Below, in pieces: positions 1 to 11,433 of a stretch of 64,000 nucleotides of DNA (position 1 is its first letter; every line of letters starts with the position of its first letter). Position numbers and translations under genes: made by a program. A model generated the notes under the pieces. The model worked only from the letters and a program-made list of their open reading frames with translations. It was not told the DNA's origin and did not search any database. Origin of the DNA: Octopus vulgaris (lineage: Eukaryota); the NCBI GenBank assembly GCA_951406725.2, contig OX597815.1, forward strand, positions 188,790,001-188,854,000. The letters run 5' to 3'.

Positions 1-134
1 TTGCTAACGATTCTGCCAGCTCGCCACCCAAAATAAAGAGACTATAGTGAGGATGATTACAGGTATTTGCCATTGCCTTTACCATTAAGTTAAAAGAACA
101 AAATAACTTTTCATAGTTTTAGTTGACGATGATG

Positions 135-411
135 TTACTTCCGGTCATTCAAAGAGCATAAGGCAATGAGAGTTCTCCAAGTGGAACCATTCTGTGCCAA
201 ACTGCATCCTTCTTGCCAGGTGATACCAACCTTGGTCAAGTCTTCCTGCACCGTCCTTTCTCATGTCTTCACTGTCCTGTCTTTTCTTCTCCTTCCTTCT
301 TCAGGTGTCCACTCAATAGCTGTCCTTGTCAGTCTCTCTCACAGTAAGTGCAATACATGGCCGCCAAGCAGCTTCCTTCGTCTTGCTGTGATGATGTCTT
401 CCTTGGGTTAA
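135..411 (-). mobile_element. Decayed RTE-clade LINE ORF2 C-terminal fragment
   Basis: Minus strand reads EDIITARRRKLLGGHVLHLL*ERLTRTAIEWTPEEGRRRKDRTVKT*ERTVQEDL...WRTLIALCS, the GHV/WTP.G.R/KTW/DL pattern of RTE C-termini, with stops. Confidence 0.75.
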
Positions 412-1013
412 TGTAAAATATTTTTGTGACGCATATCAACCTGATCCTACCAACGGTAAAGGCAATGGAGGTTTTTGAGCTTAATTTTAATTCTCAATAA
501 ATATCAGAGCTTATAAAATATATAGATGTTGTATGCATAGCAAAGTGTAATATAAAACGTTATCATCAAAGAACGCATTATTAAAGAAAGACAGTGATAT
601 TTTAGAAATAATACATCATGTGAAAAATAAAAATGAGATTTTTTTAAAAGATATATTCTTAGGCACCTACTGGATTAATTTAATAAATAAACACTGAACA
701 GAAACAAAAAAATATATACATGGAGCAAATAAAAGTATTTTATGTTCATGTAATACAAATATTTGCATTATCTTTTAGAGATTCTGTGATGTAGAAAATG
801 CTTCAATGTATTGTATAGGAATGTTTCCATAAATACCTTATTCTTTTATTTTTGCTGCAGTGGATTAACATTCTAAAACGCACACAGTTCTTTTCTATTG
901 TTAGAGTGGTAGAAGGAAATCAATAGATAAAAACTGTTGCTAAGTGTCAAACAAAAGATGAAAGTTCTTCAATAAACAAGTTATCTTGGTAGCTGGCTGA
1001 TTTGGTAATTTAC

Positions 1014-1316
1014 CTGCATTGGCACTGGAACTACAGATATTCAACTGCTGAAATAACACTGAGAATGCTGTAAGAATGATACAAGTTCTCTGGAAATAAG
1101 TAAAATGTCAGATTATTTCCTATTTTCATAGAAATTTCAATACAGAAGAAAATAATTCAATGACATTTGTTACCTAAGACAGTTTATTCTTTTTCTATTA
1201 ACCTTTCTTTCATGGTCATATATATGGCCATGAAATATATATTTAGATATAGATATGTATAGATGTTGGTTTTCTCCAAGTAGTTGAAATAAAATATGTA
1301 TTATCTCATCTTCATG
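1014..1316 (-). other. Candidate spliced exon pair (1174-1316 and 1014-1089) with an 84-nt intron
   Basis: Intron 1090-1173 on minus reads GTAAC...CTGAC-ATTTTACTTATTTCCAG; second donor CAG|GTAAAT at 1013. Spliced frame HEDEIIHILF...NCLRELVSFLQHSQCYFSS*. No recognisable homology. Confidence 0.3.
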
Positions 1317-1689
1317 CTTATACAAAGAAACTACAATAAAGCCTTTCCCAAGCAAATTGAGCAACCACGAGAGGTCTTGCTTTCTTGGTCAAAGTAAAAT
1401 TGTTTTCAGGTACAGATCAGCACTGATCAAACAGACATACAATAAAAGGTATTGCAGATAGGACCATCCTGTCTTTTTATACATCAGAAACTACATTATC
1501 CAGTGGTAACTTCTGATTAATTGATTTCAATAATTTTTCTGTGCATAATTTTTTTTCTCCATCCTAGATCATGATGTCTGGTCTTCTATGCATGCATTTC
1601 ATTGTAGTCTTGGTATGAACTTTTCACTAGTGTCCTCATGTGTTATGAGTGATTATGCTCTCCATGTCACTGTTTTTTCTTTGTTCCTT

Positions 1690-1966
1690 CTCATAAGGGC
1701 TGGTTTCCCGGTTTCCTTGGCATATAGATTCCCCACCTGGACGGGACGCTGGTCCATCACAGGTGAGCTGCAAGATGCAGGAGGAAAGAGTGAGAGAAAG
1801 TTGTGGTGAAAGAGTCAGCAGAAAGTTCACCATTACCTTCTGCTGGAACCGCGTGGAGCTTAGGTGTTTCGATCATAAACACACACATCGCCCGGTCTGA
1901 AATTCAAACCCATGATCCCTCGACTGCGAGTCCACTGCTCTAACCACTAGACTATGTGTCTCCACC
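1690..1966 (-). mobile_element. tRNA-derived SINE
   Basis: Minus-strand head with A-box-like TAGTCTAGTGG and B-box-like GGTTTGAATTTC; 3' part GATGGACCAGCGTCCCGTCCAGGTGGGG...GAAACCGGGAAACC is shared with the SINE at 19112-19365. Confidence 0.75.
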
Positions 1967-2059
1967 CATGTCATTGTAGTTTCTTATATTTATATTCTCA
2001 GAATTATTCTTTCTATGGCTTACATTATGTTATGTTCAAGCAACAGTATCATATATCAT

Positions 2060-2627
2060 AGGAAGAAGGAGTACATTTATTTGGAACAGACAATAAATAT
2101 ACATAAAGGAATGAATGCTGAAATCGTGTGCAAAGTAAGAGCAGGGAGGAAGGCATTTGCATCGATTACAAACACATTTAAAGCATAGTTGGACAAGATA
2201 CTGCATACCAATTTCTTCATTAGAGCTGTCCTATATTTTTGAAAATGAGTGAGATGTGGGTAACCAAGAAGAAGAAAAGAGACTGACTATGATACAGAAG
2301 GCCATGGAAAAATTTGTGTTAAGAATATCATTCCAAGAACATATCCAAAAAAGAGGAAATTTGAGAATGAAGTGGAGCAAATAAGGTGATTGCAGAATAC
2401 CAAAATCACAAGTTCTGTTCGGAAGGACATGTTGTAAGGCTCACAGACAACAGGTGGAACCGTGGAATTGTTGAGTGGTATCTGAGAGATCAGCAGAAAT
2501 CACCTGGAAGACTTGCAGGATTACTGGAAGGTGACATGGCCGAAAAATCCAAGATGAGAAGGATGGAAGGAAAGAATGGGAGGAGTAGTTATGTAAAAGG
2601 AGATTTGATAGTCTGACAAATAAAGTG

Positions 2628-2632
<5 letters not shown>
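2060..2632 (+). mobile_element. Old RTE LINE 3' fragment, same family as 17087-17667
   Basis: Translates ...KFCSEGHVVRLTDNRWNRGIVEWYLRDQQKSPGR, matching KFRWAGNVIRLTNNQWTRAVVKWYPRERKRPPGR at 17.4 kb; ends GTGATA then (TA)n. Confidence 0.75.
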
Positions 2633-2671
<39 letters not shown>

Positions 2672-2678
2672 AGAGTAA

Positions 2679-2753
2679 ATAATTTCTATAAAGGTTTTTA
2701 TAAAGTAATATAATTAGTAATCCAATTGTGGTTTTTTTAAAAAACCTTTATAG

Positions 2754-2760
<7 letters not shown>
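2679..2760. repeat. 21-bp perfect inverted repeat embedded in (TA)n
   Basis: ATAATTTCTATAAAGGTTTTT (2679-2699) and AAAAACCTTTATAGAAATTAT (2740-2760). Confidence 0.85.
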
Positions 2761-2851
<91 letters not shown>

Positions 2852-2877
2852 CATATATATATATGTATATGTATATA

Positions 2878-3020
2878 ATTTAGAGACAAACCTCTATTAA
2901 AAAATTCAATAATGAAAGATGTTATTCACACCATAAAGAAAACATAAAAACATATACTAAAAAAAACCTTATTCTAAAAATCAATGAAGTACAATAAATA
3001 GTTATATTCCCTACCATTAT
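2878..3020 (+). repeat. Unclassified AT-rich dispersed repeat (second copy about 20590-20752, minus)
   Basis: AAAGATGTTATTCACACCATA...AAGTACAATAAATAG matches the reverse complement of 20640-20750; both copies are flanked by (TA)n. Confidence 0.7.
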
Positions 3021-4780
3021 ATATATATATATATATAAATATGTGTGTGTATGTATATATATACACACACATACACACACATATACATATATATATACAT
3101 ACACACACACATGTTAACTATATATTTTTGTGTGTTTGTATATATATATATATATATATACACACACATACACACAAATAAACTCTATGTGCATAAAGAG
3201 TTAGAAAATAATAAGAAAATTAATATTTCAACATCTTTAATAGCAAGCATCAAAACCTATTGCATCTTTGAACAATGTTCAACAAAGCATCTCTGGCAAG
3301 CCAAGAGAAATTTAAAGGAAACTTATTGACATTTAAGACAAATTCCAAGCAACCTTTCTGACTATGTCTTTTGGTTCAAATGTTTATTAATTGTCTGTTG
3401 GAATGTCAGCTTACAATTGGCTTCTCTACTGCATATATAATCAATCTCTCTCTCTCTCTCTCTCTTTCCTTCCTTTCTTACATCCTTGTCTTATTATTTC
3501 CTTATTCTTTCTATCTTCAATCACATTCCTTCTCTATTTTGTCGATCCCTTTAGCTGTCCCCACTTTCTCTTTATCAATCTTTATCTTCTTGTCTCTGTA
3601 TATTCTTTGATCTTATTCATTTTATTTTTTGTTTCATTTTGAATTTCCCTTTTTCTCATTTGTCCCCTCTTTATGCATAAATTCTTCCCCTCACACTCAC
3701 ATTCTCTCCCTCTTTTCTCTCTCTCTTTCTCTTCTTATTTTTCCAATTGTATATATTAAAACTGTATCACTGTCTTATTTAGAATAATGATATATAGACA
3801 TTTCTCACATAACATGCACCATCCATTTATAATAATGCCTGTTCATGCTATATCGAAATTGTCTCTTACGCATACTTTGATGAATGACTCAAATATTTCA
3901 GTCATTTATTTGCCGTAATGCAGTTGTTGTTGTTCTTATTGTCATCACCATCGCTGCTGTTGCAGTTGTATGCATGAACTTAATCTATCACACACATTCA
4001 CATCCACATCATCCACATCATCTCTTTCAGTTAATGCTCGTCCTTTATTTTCTCTGAAACTGCTATCTCACAGCCACATGGCACCCTGCTGATAACACTT
4101 TCCATACATTATGCAATATTCTTTTATAAACTGAAAGAATACACTTTCTTTTCTAGACATTGGTGACATTTCTTTCAATTTCTTGCACACATTTTCCAAT
4201 CAAGAATCTCTCTTATCATTAACAGCATCTCCAGTCGTAATTTAATTAATCATTCCATCAACTACAAAGGTTGCTGTTGTTTTTGTTTCTAACTCAGGTT
4301 CAGCCTTGATTGAGTAAACAAACCTATTATCAAACACACTCCAGCCATGACTGTTACATGTTATTTTCATACATTGTTTGTCTATGACCCTATAACCCAA
4401 TATCTGAATTGTTTTTTGTCATTTTTATGAACATAAAATCGATTTGAAGGGGATTTGGTTGCTATTTGTAGTAGATCAAATGACTGTGTAACGAAGAGTT
4501 CTTTAATGTTACATAAATTTGTTTGTTTTACATCCATTTTTCTATGCTAGCATGGGTTAGATGGATACATATATTTCTGAGTCATTGTTTTATAGTTGGA
4601 TGCAGTTTCCTGTCTTGAAAACTTACCTGTTTTTCAAGGGATTTTTTATTCTTTGAAGGCCCAAAGCTAGAGAACAATTTGTTGAAAGATAATGCCAACA
4701 ATTGTCACCACTTGTAGTACAGTGTTTTCCACATGAAATATAGAATGTAAACATTCACACAAACATATACAGGCAGACAC

Positions 4781-4816
<36 letters not shown>

Positions 4817-5426
4817 TGAAACACATGGACACTTACACATATATAAATATACAAACACATTCTATATTGGTGTGTGGATATGTGCATATTTATATGTACA
4901 TATGACACAATATCTTTTAAAACTAGACACCATTATCTAAGCATTATCCAAGCTTAATAAGATTATCTATAAAGTAAATCGACCCGTATCAATATAAGTA
5001 ATCACCATAAACCATGAACTGACAACCACTTTCAACTTTATGAGAATGGAGAACAACTGAGAATAACGAGACACTAAGACAAAAAATTCACAAACAAGCA
5101 TAGTTCATGGTTTCAATTCCTGGACCAGGCAATGTGTTGTGTTCTTGAGCAAAACACTTCATTTTGCAGCTCATATAAGATCCCCTGTGACAAATTGGTG
5201 ACCTGTTTAGAGGGACTATCATGATCTCGGTCTCTTATACATCATAGGCCTCCCCACCTAGCCAGTGGGACAACACTAGGCTTATAAAGAATAAGTAATA
5301 GGCTTACAAAGAATAAGTCCTGGGATCGATTTGCTCAACTAAAGGCGGTGCTCAAGCATGGCCACAGTCAGTTGACTGAAACAAGTCAAAGAATAAAAGA
5401 ATATATATGTATATATGTATATATAT

Positions 5427-5630
5427 GTGGAGGCGCGTGGCTTAGTAGTTAGGGTGTCAGCATCATGATCGTTAGATTGTGGTTTCGATTCCTGAACCAG
5501 GTTGATGTATTGTGTTCTTGAGCAAAACACTTCATTTCACGTTGCTCCACGCCACTCAGCTGACAAAAATGAGTAAACTAGGAAATCGGGCCATGAGCTT
5601 GGCTAGGCTTTAAAAGGGTGCATTATTTAT
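5427..5630 (+). mobile_element. tRNA-derived SINE family C (internally deleted copy)
   Basis: GGAGGCGCGTGGCTTAGTAGTTAGG A box, GGTTTCGATTCC B box, GTGTTCTTGAGCAAAACACTT body. Related copies at 5100, 16258, 19112, 23510, 34085, 45771. Confidence 0.85.
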
Positions 5631-5659
5631 TATATATATATATTTATAAATATATATAT

Positions 5660-5690
<31 letters not shown>

Positions 5691-5861
5691 GATGAGTGCA
5701 TTTTTGCCTTGTTAACAATTAACACCTGAAAAACTAGATAAATAGTTACCAGAGTAGTAAAAAAATCACACAAGTAAAGAGGAATCTTCGAAACATATGT
5801 CAAAAGTAAAAGTATTTGATTTATACCTGCGTTAAACTCCATTTATTTATTCATACACACA

Positions 5862-5935
<74 letters not shown>

Positions 5936-6412
5936 AAATAAGCTTCTTTTAGTTTTCATCAGCCTTATCCACTCACAACCATGGCGTTGATAAGGGAGCT
6001 TAACCACAAAACCATATTTATATCTTTATAAAGACAATAATGATAATAATTCAAATGCTCTTTGCACATAAAACCGCAAAATGTATTCAGTAAAAAAGTA
6101 TATATTTGAGCTTATAAATATAAACAGTCTTAAAAAAAACAGGAAATGATAAAGTGCATAGTTTTTTATTCATTAAATGAGGCATACTGTTTTATATTTT
6201 TGAATACATTGCACCAATAGAGAAGGTGCATTAGTGGATGTACCTTATGCTTCATTATACATACAACATTCTTGGCACAGTGTTTAACTCACAGATAAGT
6301 CACAGACAGTCTTATCAATACTGTTTTTAGAAGCTTGAATGAAATTGCCATCAAAATATTTAAAACCAAACATTAATGTGCATATTTTTTCGCCATAATA
6401 TAGTTTAATCAA

Positions 6413-6527
6413 GAGCACAGAAAGTGTGTCTATAGCCAGCTGGAGGAGGTGTCCTCCTGGGGCTACAAACTACAGTAGCATCCACCCTTAGGGGTTAGCC
6501 ATATTTAAATGGCAAATATACGTCACG
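6413..6527. mobile_element. 115-bp structured insertion with 13-bp target-site duplication
   Basis: ATAGTTTAATCAA at 6400-6412 and 6528-6540 flanks a GC-richer insert. Confidence 0.7.
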
Positions 6528-6785
6528 ATAGTTTAATCAAATTATATGTAAAATGTATCCCTTGGTAGCTCTCACTAAATTAGGCACTTGTTAACGATCT
6601 GTTAATTCTACATATTTAATAATTCTGTTTTATTCATTTAAACCTTCATCAATTAAACTGGCCCTAACCAGCCCAAATATTCTATGTTTTAGTCTCAAAC
6701 TGGCCAGATCAGGCCTCTCCCATCTAACCTATAATGTCATTCTAGAAATAAACAATTACATCATTGAAATCTCGAAGCTACAACT

Positions 6786-6924
6786 TGTTTCTTTCTGTAT
6801 TCCTTTCTGTGGAAGAGCATAGGCTCGAAACATTAAAGACTTTTTCACTTCCCGAGCATTATACTAATGCATCTGTTTGTTGTCTACACTACCTGTCTTC
6901 ACCATTTGCTTTTTTGTGAATTCT

Positions 6925-6930
<6 letters not shown>
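6786..6930 (+). mobile_element. Penelope-like repeat fragment, family P1, with hammerhead-like motif
   Basis: Homologous copies at 20783-20990 (-), 41393-41620 (-) and 49670-49858 (+), all abutting (TA)n; contains CTGTGGA-A-GAGC-ATAG-GCTC-GAAAC. Confidence 0.6.
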
Positions 6931-6984
<54 letters not shown>

Positions 6985-6987
<3 letters not shown>

Positions 6988-8055
6988 GCAATAACAGAGG
7001 AATTCAAAACAGGTTGCCCCTGGGAGCTCCTCTATGCTGATGACCTGGCCCTCATAGCAGAATCACTACCGGAACTAAAAAAGAAATTTCGGATGTGGAA
7101 ACAAGGGTTAGAATCTAAGGGCCTTAGAGTAAATGTAGCGAAGACCAAAGTTATAGTATGCAGAAAGGCGAACTCAGTATACCCCCCATCGGGCAGATGG
7201 CCCTGCTCAAGCTGTAGGAAAGGTGTAGGTAGAAACTCCATAAGATGCACCCAGTGTAAGCTATGGATGCATAAGAGGTGCAGCAACATCAAAGGGAAAT
7301 TAACTGATAAGATAGCTTTCATGTGCGGCAGATGCAAAGGGACAATAGACACCACAGACACTAAAAAAACTGATTCCATCACACTCCAGGGGGATAAACT
7401 AGAAGTAGTTGATAGTTTTCGCTACCTGGGTGACCAAGTTAGTAGTGGGGGTGGATGCTCAGAGAGTGTCACCACTAGAATACGAATAGCCTGGGCAAAG
7501 TTTAGAAAGCTCCTACCCCTACTGGCGACAAAGGGTCTCTCACTCGGAGTGAAAGGTAGATTGTATGATGCATGTGTGCGAACTGCCATGCTTCACGGCA
7601 GTGAAACATGGGCCGTGACTGCAGAGGACATGCGTGGACTTGAAAGAAATGAAGCTAGCATGATCCGCTGGATGTGTAATGTCAGTGTGAATGCACGACA
7701 AAGTGTTAGCACCCTGAGAGAAATGCTAGGCATAAGAAGCATCAGATGCGGTGTGCAAGAGCGACGCTTGCGATGGTATGGTCATGTACTGCGGATGGAT
7801 GAGGAGAGATGTGTGAAGAAGTGCCACTCCCGAACAGTTGAAGGAATCAGGGGGAGAGGTAGACCCAGGAAGACATGGGATGAGGTAGTCAAGCATGACC
7901 TCAGAGCGTTGGGCCTCACTGAGGCAATGGCGAAGGACCGAGACCTCTGGAGATGTGCTGTGACTACTAAGACCCGGGATGCTCCCGGCACCAGTTCCGC
8001 ATACCCCCTGCCCATCCAAAGTACCTTGGATCCCGGAACATCTCGCTGTGCTTGA
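6985..8055 (+). CDS. Partial LINE ORF2: reverse transcriptase C-half with inserted Cys-rich PHD-like finger
   Basis: Uninterrupted frame with LLYADDL, N..KTK, F.YLG, LHGSETW, RRLRWYGHV, GRPRKTW. The N-terminal 36 aa of ORF-track entry 6877..8055 are read-through from P1 and (TA)n. Confidence 0.9.
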
Positions 8056-9170
8056 GGAGACCTGTCGAGTCAAGTGCATATACATGAACATCGAACCAAA
8101 TATCAATGGAAACAGTAGTTGTGATACCTGTGCCGGTGACACATAGAAAGCACCATCTGATCGTGGCCGTCGCCAGTGCAGCCTCCACTGGCTTCTGTGC
8201 CGGTGGCACATAAAAAGCACCATCCGAACGTGACCGATGCCAACCCCGCCTCGAATGGCTTCTGTGCCGGCGGCACATGAATATCAAACCAAATATCAAT
8301 GGAAACAGTAGTTGTGATACCTGTGCCGGTGACACATATAAAGCACCGTCCGAACGAGGCCGTTGCCAGTGCAGCCTCCACTGGCTTCTGTGCTGGTGGC
8401 ACATGAATATCGAACCAAATATCAATGGAAACAGTAGTTGTGATACCTCAACCCCGCCTCGAATGGCTTCCGTGCCGGTGGCACATGAATATCGAACCAA
8501 ATATCAATGGAAACAGTAGTTGTGATACCTGTGCTGGTGACACATAAAAAGCACCATCCGAACGTAGCCGTTGCCAGTGCAGCCTCCACTGGCTCTGTGC
8601 CGGTGGCACATAAAAAGCACCATCCGAATGTGACCGATGCCAACCCCGCCTCGAATGGCTTCTGTGCCGGTGGCACATAAAAAGCAACGTCCGAATGTGG
8701 CCGATGCCAGCACCACCCCGACTGGCTTAAAAAGCACCAACCGATCGTGGGATCCCGGAACATCTCGCTGTGCGCTGTGCTTGAGGAGACCTGTTGAGTC
8801 AAGTGCATGTGCATGTACATGAACATCGAACCAAATATCAATGGAAACAGTAGTAGCTGTGATACCTGTGCTGGTGACACATAAAAAGCACCATCTGAAC
8901 GTGGCCGTCGCCAGTGCAGCCTCCACTGGCTTCTGTGCCGGTGGCACATAAAAGGCACCATCCGAACGTGACTGATGCCAACCCTGCCTCGAATGGGTTC
9001 TGTGCCGGTAGCACATAAAAAGCAACATCCGAACGTAGCCGATGCCAGCACGGCCTTGACTGGCTTCTGTGCCGGTAGCACAAAAAAAAAAAAAAAAAAA
9101 AAAAGCACCAAATGATCGTGGCCGATGCCAGACCCCTCTGGCACCTGTGCAGGTGGCACGTAAAAAGCAC
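7972..9170 (+). repeat. Modular tandem array in LINE 3' UTR
   Basis: Five copies of AAYATCRAACCAAATATCAATGGAAACAGTAG (about 8088, 8280, 8406, 8488, 8822), more than ten copies of a unit centred on TGTGCCGGTGGCACA, and a block duplication 8028/8749. Confidence 0.9.
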
Positions 9171-9393
9171 CCACTACACTCGCGGAGTGGTTGGCGTTAG
9201 GAAGGGCATCCAGCTGTAGAAACACTGCCAGATCAGACTGGAGCCTGGGGCAGCCCCTGGCTCCCCAGACCCTGGTCGAACCATCCAACCCGTGCTAGCG
9301 CGGAAAACAGACGTTAAACGATGATGATGATGATGATGATGATATATACATACATATATCAAATATAAATTAAAAACAGAACACAAAGGATAT

Positions 9394-9486
9394 CGTGGTA
9401 CACGTGTTTCAAGCTTTATAAACAATCCATTATTACATCAGTGCATTTTTGATATAAAAGATGGTGTAAAGCTTTCTTCAGTCGCA
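9394..9486 (-). ncRNA. Putative type I hammerhead ribozyme (Penelope-type)
   Basis: CUGAAGA-AAGCUUUA-(loop)-UAAAGCUU-GAAA-C-ACGU-G-UA: canonical core, perfect 8-bp stem II, palindromic stem III; stem I is decayed. Confidence 0.6.
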
Positions 9487-9687
9487 AACATTATTGGTCC
9501 AAAGATTACATCACAATATAAAAAATATGAAAAATACATGTAGTATTACCCATTATAATAGGTTTATCATATCTCCTTGAAAAGTGTATTTGTAAAATTT
9601 CCTAACTGTATAAATGTATAAAGATTCATTGAATTTCGAAAATCTGCCCATGCTGTATCACCAATCAGCTTAGAGTGAATGTTAAAT

Positions 9688-9720
<33 letters not shown>

Positions 9721-11433
9721 TATATATGTATGTATGTATTTATCTATTTATTTATATATACATACATATACACTCTAACCTTTCATCATCTGACACAAGT
9801 TCCCTCTTCAAATGCCCTTGCCCCTCTCAAAATACTTTGTCTTGTGAGTTACTTGGTGACCCTGTCAGTGCTGGTGCCCCATAAAAAGCATCCTGCCCAT
9901 ACTGTGAAGTGGTTCGTATCTGGAAGGGCATACAGATGTAAAAACCCAGCTAAAACAGACACAGTAGCCTGGGGTAGACTTCTACCTGGCCGGCTCCTGT
10001 CAACCATCCTTCGCATAGATGCATGGAAAACAGATGCTAAATGTTGATGATGATATGTGTGTTTATGTGTGTGTGTGTGTGTGTGTGTGCATGTGCGTAT
10101 ATGTATATAAAAACGTGCGTATCTATTTATCTATCTATTTATCTATATACATATATACATATATATATATGTGTGTGTGTGTATACATATATGACTCTAT
10201 CATGGTATTGACCTGGCTAGCAGTTGTCATTTCACACTGCTGATCACAATGTGCTTCCTCATATTGTTTTAGCTTTCAAATGATGTCAGGCCATGGCTAG
10301 GTGCGCAGGCCAATGTTACCCTGCAAAGAATACCAGCCTGTCCCAGATTTACCCATTTACAGTGTAAATGGGTTTATGTATGTTTACCTATATGTATACA
10401 GATATAAGTTTCTGAGGCAAAAGTAAAAGATACCTTGCTAAGGTGCTGCACAGAGGGATTGAACTTTGAACCAGGAGATTTGAGAAAGGAAATTTTAAAC
10501 CAAATATGATTAAATTTCAGAGCAGCCATACAAGTTTAAATTACACTGTCGTTCATTCTTATGTTGAGACCCATTGACAACAACTCACACATAAATGTAT
10601 ATTAAAATACGTCAGAGATCTCCCTACTGACATGACCCACTGCTTCCCTGTCTACTTAACATACAAATATACCATTACTCACTGAACAAAGTAGCTTTGC
10701 TATACTGCAAATGGGAGTATCAAACAAAACAAAATTGATAATATATATAAATGTATGCAGGTTTCATTGAAGGAAGATAAAAAGAAGGGAGGAGGAAAGA
10801 GAGCCATGCGTGATTATGTGTGAGCACGAAGGAAATAAAGCAGGGAGAAGGAAACACTGAGAGAAACTGAAAATTATTTGAAGACAGAAGGGAAATTTGA
10901 GAAGAGAAGCAGCAACAGGACTTAATAAAATAGCTATTCAGTGATAAAAATTCAAGCCTAGTTACATACATATATCTGCTATATAAGTAAAATTTATCTT
11001 TGTGTAATAGAGCTAGAAGGAGAAAAGTTTATCAAATTGTGCCGAAATGGCATAAAGTTCCTTCATTTATATGAAGCCACATTAGTCTATGTACAAATAT
11101 GCTATAGTAAAGTTTATGGTAGCTTTATTTTAGAGTCAGAGCTAGACAAACACAGAAGCAACAGACAATATGGAGAAGGAAGATATGGAAACTAAAGGAT
11201 CTTGCAGTTGGGAATAGGTTTAGAGAAATTCTAATTGACACATATCACTGTAGAGAGAAAGATTTAGATACCTGTAGCATATGATGACAAATGGGAATTT
11301 CTGTGAAATAATCTGCTTAAGGCTACAGATCAGACATGTGGCTGGAGCAAAGTCCTAGCCAAGAAAAAGTAAAAATGGTGGTGGAATGGTAAGGTTGATA
11401 GAGCAGTGAAGTCTAAGAGACAAGCTTGGAAAC

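Larger units (their letters stand above)
6985..9342 (+). mobile_element. Young 5'-truncated RTE-clade LINE with long modular 3' UTR and (GAT)n tail
   Basis: RT ORF followed by about 1.3 kb of repeated modules ending GGAAAACAGACGTTAAAC(GAT)n; TA repeats on both sides. Confidence 0.92.

Noticed and set aside
5427-5500. tRNA gene
   Set aside because: A and B boxes are present but run into a SINE body; no complete cloverleaf.
5770-5810. Hammerhead-like GAGG-AAT-CTTC-GAAAC-ATAT-GTC
   Set aside because: The 3' half fits but no CUGANGA-like box precedes the stem; at most a decayed relic.
8056-9170. CRISPR-like array of palindromic repeats
   Set aside because: The spacers are themselves repeated, there are no cas genes, the context is eukaryotic and the array is the 3' UTR of a LINE.
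7726-9425. Long minus-strand ORFs up to 288 aa
   Set aside because: By-products of the GC-richer tandem UTR modules.
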